A DNA stretch of 28,278 bases from Solirubrobacterales bacterium. GTDB lineage: Bacteria; Actinomycetota; Thermoleophilia; Solirubrobacterales; 70-9. Location: contig JBOGZH010000110.1 in the NCBI GenBank assembly GCA_050697095.1, positions 1 to 28,278 on the forward strand, written 5' to 3'. How positions within the stretch are numbered: the first letter of the stretch is position 1; every line of letters begins with the position of its first letter. Made by a program: the position numbers and the translations under genes. The notes under the pieces are model-generated. The model saw nothing but the letters and a program-made list of their open reading frames with translations, ran no database searches and was not told the origin of the DNA. Positions 25,532-28,278 of the stretch are shown piece by piece.

Positions 25532-26172
25532 TGGCACAGGCCCAGGCGCTCGACAAGCGCCGCATGATCCTCGACGCGGCGATCCGGGTGTTCGCGCGCC
25601 AGGGCTTCCACCACTGCCGCGTCTCCGACATCGCCGACGAGGCGGGGGTCGCCTACGGCCTCGTCTACCACTACTTCAAGTCGAAGGACCAGGTCCTGAA
25701 CGAGCTGTTCACCGAGCGCTGGTCGCTGCTGCTCGCCGCGACGGAGGAGGTCGACGCCCAGGACATTCGCGCGCGCGAGAAGCTCGGCGCGGTCGCCTCG
25801 TTCATCGTCGAGTCGTACCGGCACGAGCCGGAGCTGATGAAGGTAATCATCGTCGAGGTCACCCGGGCCGCGAACTCCTTCGGTCGCACCCACCTGCCCG
25901 AGATCCGCCGCGCGTATGAGGCGATCGCGAAGATCGTCGCCGACGGGCAGGAGCGGGGGGAGTTCCGCCGCGACGTCGACCCCGAGTTCGCCGCGATGTG
26001 GTTCTACGGCGCAATCGAGCAGCTCCTGTCGGGCTGGGTCTTCGAGCTAATCCCCGCCGGGGAAGGCGACTTCGATCGCGCCAAGGAGATGGTCGTGGAG
26101 ACGATCTGCGGCGGCCTCGAGCCGCGCGCCGCGGCCGGCGACGGCACCCGAGGCTCCACAGACGGCGCCTAG
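25531..26172 (+). CDS. TetR/AcrR family regulator
   Basis: ILDAAIRVFARQGF...DIADEAGVAYGLVYHYFKSK; TGATG coupling. Confidence 0.93.
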   Translation: MAQAQALDKRRMILDAAIRVFARQGFHHCRVSDIADEAGVAYGLVYHYFKSKDQVLNELFTERWSLLLAATEEVDAQDIRAREKLGAVASFIVESYRHEPELMKVIIVEVTRAANSFGRTHLPEIRRAYEAIAKIVADGQERGEFRRDVDPEFAAMWFYGAIEQLLSGWVFELIPAGEGDFDRAKEMVVETICGGLEPRAAAGDGTRGSTDGA

Positions 26173-26176
26173 AGAT

Positions 26177-27484
26177 ATGTGGGAATCCCTGGCCACGTCG
26201 CGGCGCCAGGACCGCGTCCTTTACGGGGTGGCGAAGGTCCTCAACGTGATCGTCGGGATGGTGATGTCCCCGGTCTGGCTGCTCGGACAGTGGCTGTCGG
26301 GACCTCTGCGCGCCCTGCTTCGGCGCCTGGAACCCGGGTCGCGCACGCTCCCCGTGCCGCCGCCGCGCGAGCGCTCGATGGACGCCCTGATGCGCGACCT
26401 CGAGGCGCTGCCCCACCGCCTGCACCCCTCGCAGACCGCTCAGCTTCGCAAGGGACTCGCCGACTGGACGCCGTTCGTCGTCGCCCAGCACCGGCACACG
26501 GTCGGCTTCGGGTACTCCTATCCGAGCCAGTTCCGCCACGACCACTTCGCCGGCGCGGACGGCGAGCGGATCGCCGCGATGGTCGCCCTGCACCAGGAGG
26601 AGCGTCCCGGCCTGATCGTCGTTCACGGGCTGTTCTCAAACCGCCTGTTCGACTACGTGCGCGAGATCGCGGTCCGCGCCTACTTCGACTGGGGGTTCAA
26701 CGTCGCCGCCGTCGACCTGCGGAGCTTCGGGCTCACCGAGCTTCTGAGCCACGCGCCGTCGACGGCGGGCTGGAAGGAAGGGGAGGACATCGTGCTCGCC
26801 GGGCTCCACCTGAAGGAGCTCGGCGCGACCAGCGTCGGGGCGCTCGGGATCTCGCTCGGCGGCTCCGCGGTCCTCGGCGGGTCGCATCTTCCCGGCGTGG
26901 GGGAGGCGCTTGACGGCGGGATCCTGACCGTCTGTGCCCCGGCCGACACCCGCCGCGGCGCCGAGCGCCTCTCGCGCACGGTGCCCCGCAGGCACCCCGC
27001 GTACGCGCTGAACAGGATGTTCGCGGCGATGCTTCGCTCCAGGGTCCGCGCAAGCCGCTGGCCGGACACCATCGACACCCTGGTCGAGCCGATCGAGGCG
27101 ATGGCCGCTCCCTACTACGGGGTGACCGCGGACGAGATCTGGGAGCGCTCCTCGGCGCGCAACCACATCGCGAACGCCCGAGTCCCCGTGTTGGCGCTGC
27201 ACTCCGAGGACGACATGATCGTCCCCGTCGAGCACGCGCGGATGCTCGAGGCCGCCGCGGCGGGCAACGAGCTGGTCCGCGTGTGGATCGTCCCCGGCGG
27301 CGCGCACGCCGCGTTCGACGTCCAGGACCGGCGCTGGACCTACACGGTCTACCGCAGCTTCTTCGAGCGCTGGGCGGACTACGGGCGCCCCGGAAGCCCG
27401 CCCCTAGCGGCACCGGGCGACGCGGAGATGGTTTACTCCGCCGGCCGGCAGGGCAAAGTCAAGGCAGCCGGCGCCGGAACCTAG
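26177..27484 (+). CDS. alpha/beta fold hydrolase (YheT-like)
   Basis: VVHGLF, DLRSFG, GISLGG nucleophile, HSEDDMIV and GGAH. Confidence 0.82.
   Translation: MWESLATSRRQDRVLYGVAKVLNVIVGMVMSPVWLLGQWLSGPLRALLRRLEPGSRTLPVPPPRERSMDALMRDLEALPHRLHPSQTAQLRKGLADWTPFVVAQHRHTVGFGYSYPSQFRHDHFAGADGERIAAMVALHQEERPGLIVVHGLFSNRLFDYVREIAVRAYFDWGFNVAAVDLRSFGLTELLSHAPSTAGWKEGEDIVLAGLHLKELGATSVGALGISLGGSAVLGGSHLPGVGEALDGGILTVCAPADTRRGAERLSRTVPRRHPAYALNRMFAAMLRSRVRASRWPDTIDTLVEPIEAMAAPYYGVTADEIWERSSARNHIANARVPVLALHSEDDMIVPVEHARMLEAAAAGNELVRVWIVPGGAHAAFDVQDRRWTYTVYRSFFERWADYGRPGSPPLAAPGDAEMVYSAGRQGKVKAAGAGT
27431..27456 (+). promoter_or_regulatory. possible SigF/SigB-type promoter
   Basis: GTTT-N16-GGGCAA, 33 nt before GTG 27490. 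Confidence 0.35.
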
Positions 27485-27489
27485 GCAAC

Positions 27490-27624
27490 GTGGACAACGA
27501 CATCTTCAGAAGGCTTCTGTGGAGCGGGATGCTCGCCGCGACGGGCGCGCTGGCGAGCCTCGCCGCGCACCGCGTCTCGACGGCACTGTGGCAGCGGCTG
27601 TTCCGGGAGGACCCACCCGAGTGA
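27490..27624 (+). CDS. small membrane protein (DUF4235-like)
   Basis: MDNDIFRRLLWSGMLAATGALASLAAHRVSTALWQRLFREDPPE; W...EDPP ending; next to holin-X/DUF3618 genes. Confidence 0.65.
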   Translation: MDNDIFRRLLWSGMLAATGALASLAAHRVSTALWQRLFREDPPE

Positions 27625-27642
27625 TGCGGCGGGAGAGGTCAC

Positions 27643-28161
27643 ATGGCTGAACGGGTGCCGCCTCCGGGCCAGGACAGCAACTCCGGCGACCGCAGCGTCG
27701 GGGAGCTGGTCCTCGACATCTCCGAGCAGACCTCGGGCCTGATCCGCGAGGAGATCGAGCTCGCCAAGACCGAGGTCTCGGAGAAGGTCAACAAGATCCT
27801 GCGCGGCTCGGTCGCGGGGATCGTCGCGGGCGTGTTCGTCGTCATGGCGCTGGCGATGTTCATGCACGGGATCGCCTGGCTTCTCAACGACCTCTTCTTC
27901 GAGAACGACGTCTGGCTCGGCTTCCTGATCGAGGGCCTGTTCTGGCTCCTCGTCGGGATCGCCGCGGGGCTGTTCGCGTACCGCTCCTTCAAGGCCGGCG
28001 CACCGCCGACCCCCGACATGGCGATCGAGGAGGCCCGCCTGGCGAAGGAGACGTTCGAGTCGGAGCTCGAGCGGCCGGTGGATGAGCCTCAACCGCCCGT
28101 CGGAGGGCCTGAGCGGCCTGTCGGAGGGCCTGAGCGGCCTGTCGGAGGGCCAAGGCCGTGA
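27643..28161 (+). CDS. actinobacterial holin-X (YqjE-like, 'phage holin family') membrane protein
   Basis: RSVGELV..ISEQTSGLIREEIELAKTEV, two hydrophobic helices and PPTP..AIEEA; RBS GGGAGAGG. Confidence 0.85.
   Translation: MAERVPPPGQDSNSGDRSVGELVLDISEQTSGLIREEIELAKTEVSEKVNKILRGSVAGIVAGVFVVMALAMFMHGIAWLLNDLFFENDVWLGFLIEGLFWLLVGIAAGLFAYRSFKAGAPPTPDMAIEEARLAKETFESELERPVDEPQPPVGGPERPVGGPERPVGGPRP
28096..28151 (+). repeat. 21-bp tandem repeat (~2.7 copies) encoding PVGGPER
   Basis: CCTGTCGGAGGGCCTGAGCGG units. Confidence 0.9.
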
Positions 28162-28278
28162 GCACCACGCCCGAGAGCGTGGCCGGCGGCACCGCGCCGC
28201 CCCCGGGACGACCGGCGCCCGGGGCGCCCGCGCGCTCCTCGGACCAGATCCGCCGCGACGTCGAGGTTCGCCGCGGCG
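28158..28278 (+). CDS. DUF3618-like protein, partial (runs off window)
   Basis: GTGA overlap; MSTTPES...ARSSDQIRRDVEVRR resembles the RS.EEIR.DIE..R start of the family. Confidence 0.6.
   Translation, partial: MSTTPESVAGGTAPPPGRPAPGAPARSSDQIRRDVEVRRG

Noticed and set aside
27643..28161. 'Phage holin' as a prophage marker
   Set aside because: Holin-X with DUF3618/DUF4235 neighbours is a common chromosomal actinobacterial cluster; no phage genes nearby

Overview
High-GC actinobacterial chromosome segment; protein style suggests Thermoleophilia/Solirubrobacterales (inference). The backbone is lipid/acyl-CoA metabolism: an LLM oxidoreductase-SCP2 fusion, an acyltransferase, two SDRs, two acyl-CoA dehydrogenases, an enoyl-CoA hydratase, a carboxyltransferase, a BKACE/DUF849 enzyme, a CaiB CoA-transferase, MerR and TetR regulators, a nitrilase-like enzyme and hydrolases. 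Two insertions are readable directly from the DNA. (1) A ~0.5 kb antisense four-helix-bundle gene cassette at 18975-19476 is bracketed by inverted 7-bp tandem arrays (TTGTCAG x4 / CTGACAA-like x7-8) and an ATGAG direct repeat. It sits exactly at the ATGA stop/start junction of two operon genes. (2) A ~4.07 kb decayed integrative element at 9007-13092 is bounded by a perfect 19-bp direct repeat in the 3' end of an acyl-CoA dehydrogenase gene, which it repairs with a new C-terminus. It carries an MNT-HEPN pair, VOC and hydrolase genes and an integrase remnant. Several eroded gene fragments and candidate structured non-coding regions are also present. No rRNA, tRNA or CRISPR array was seen.
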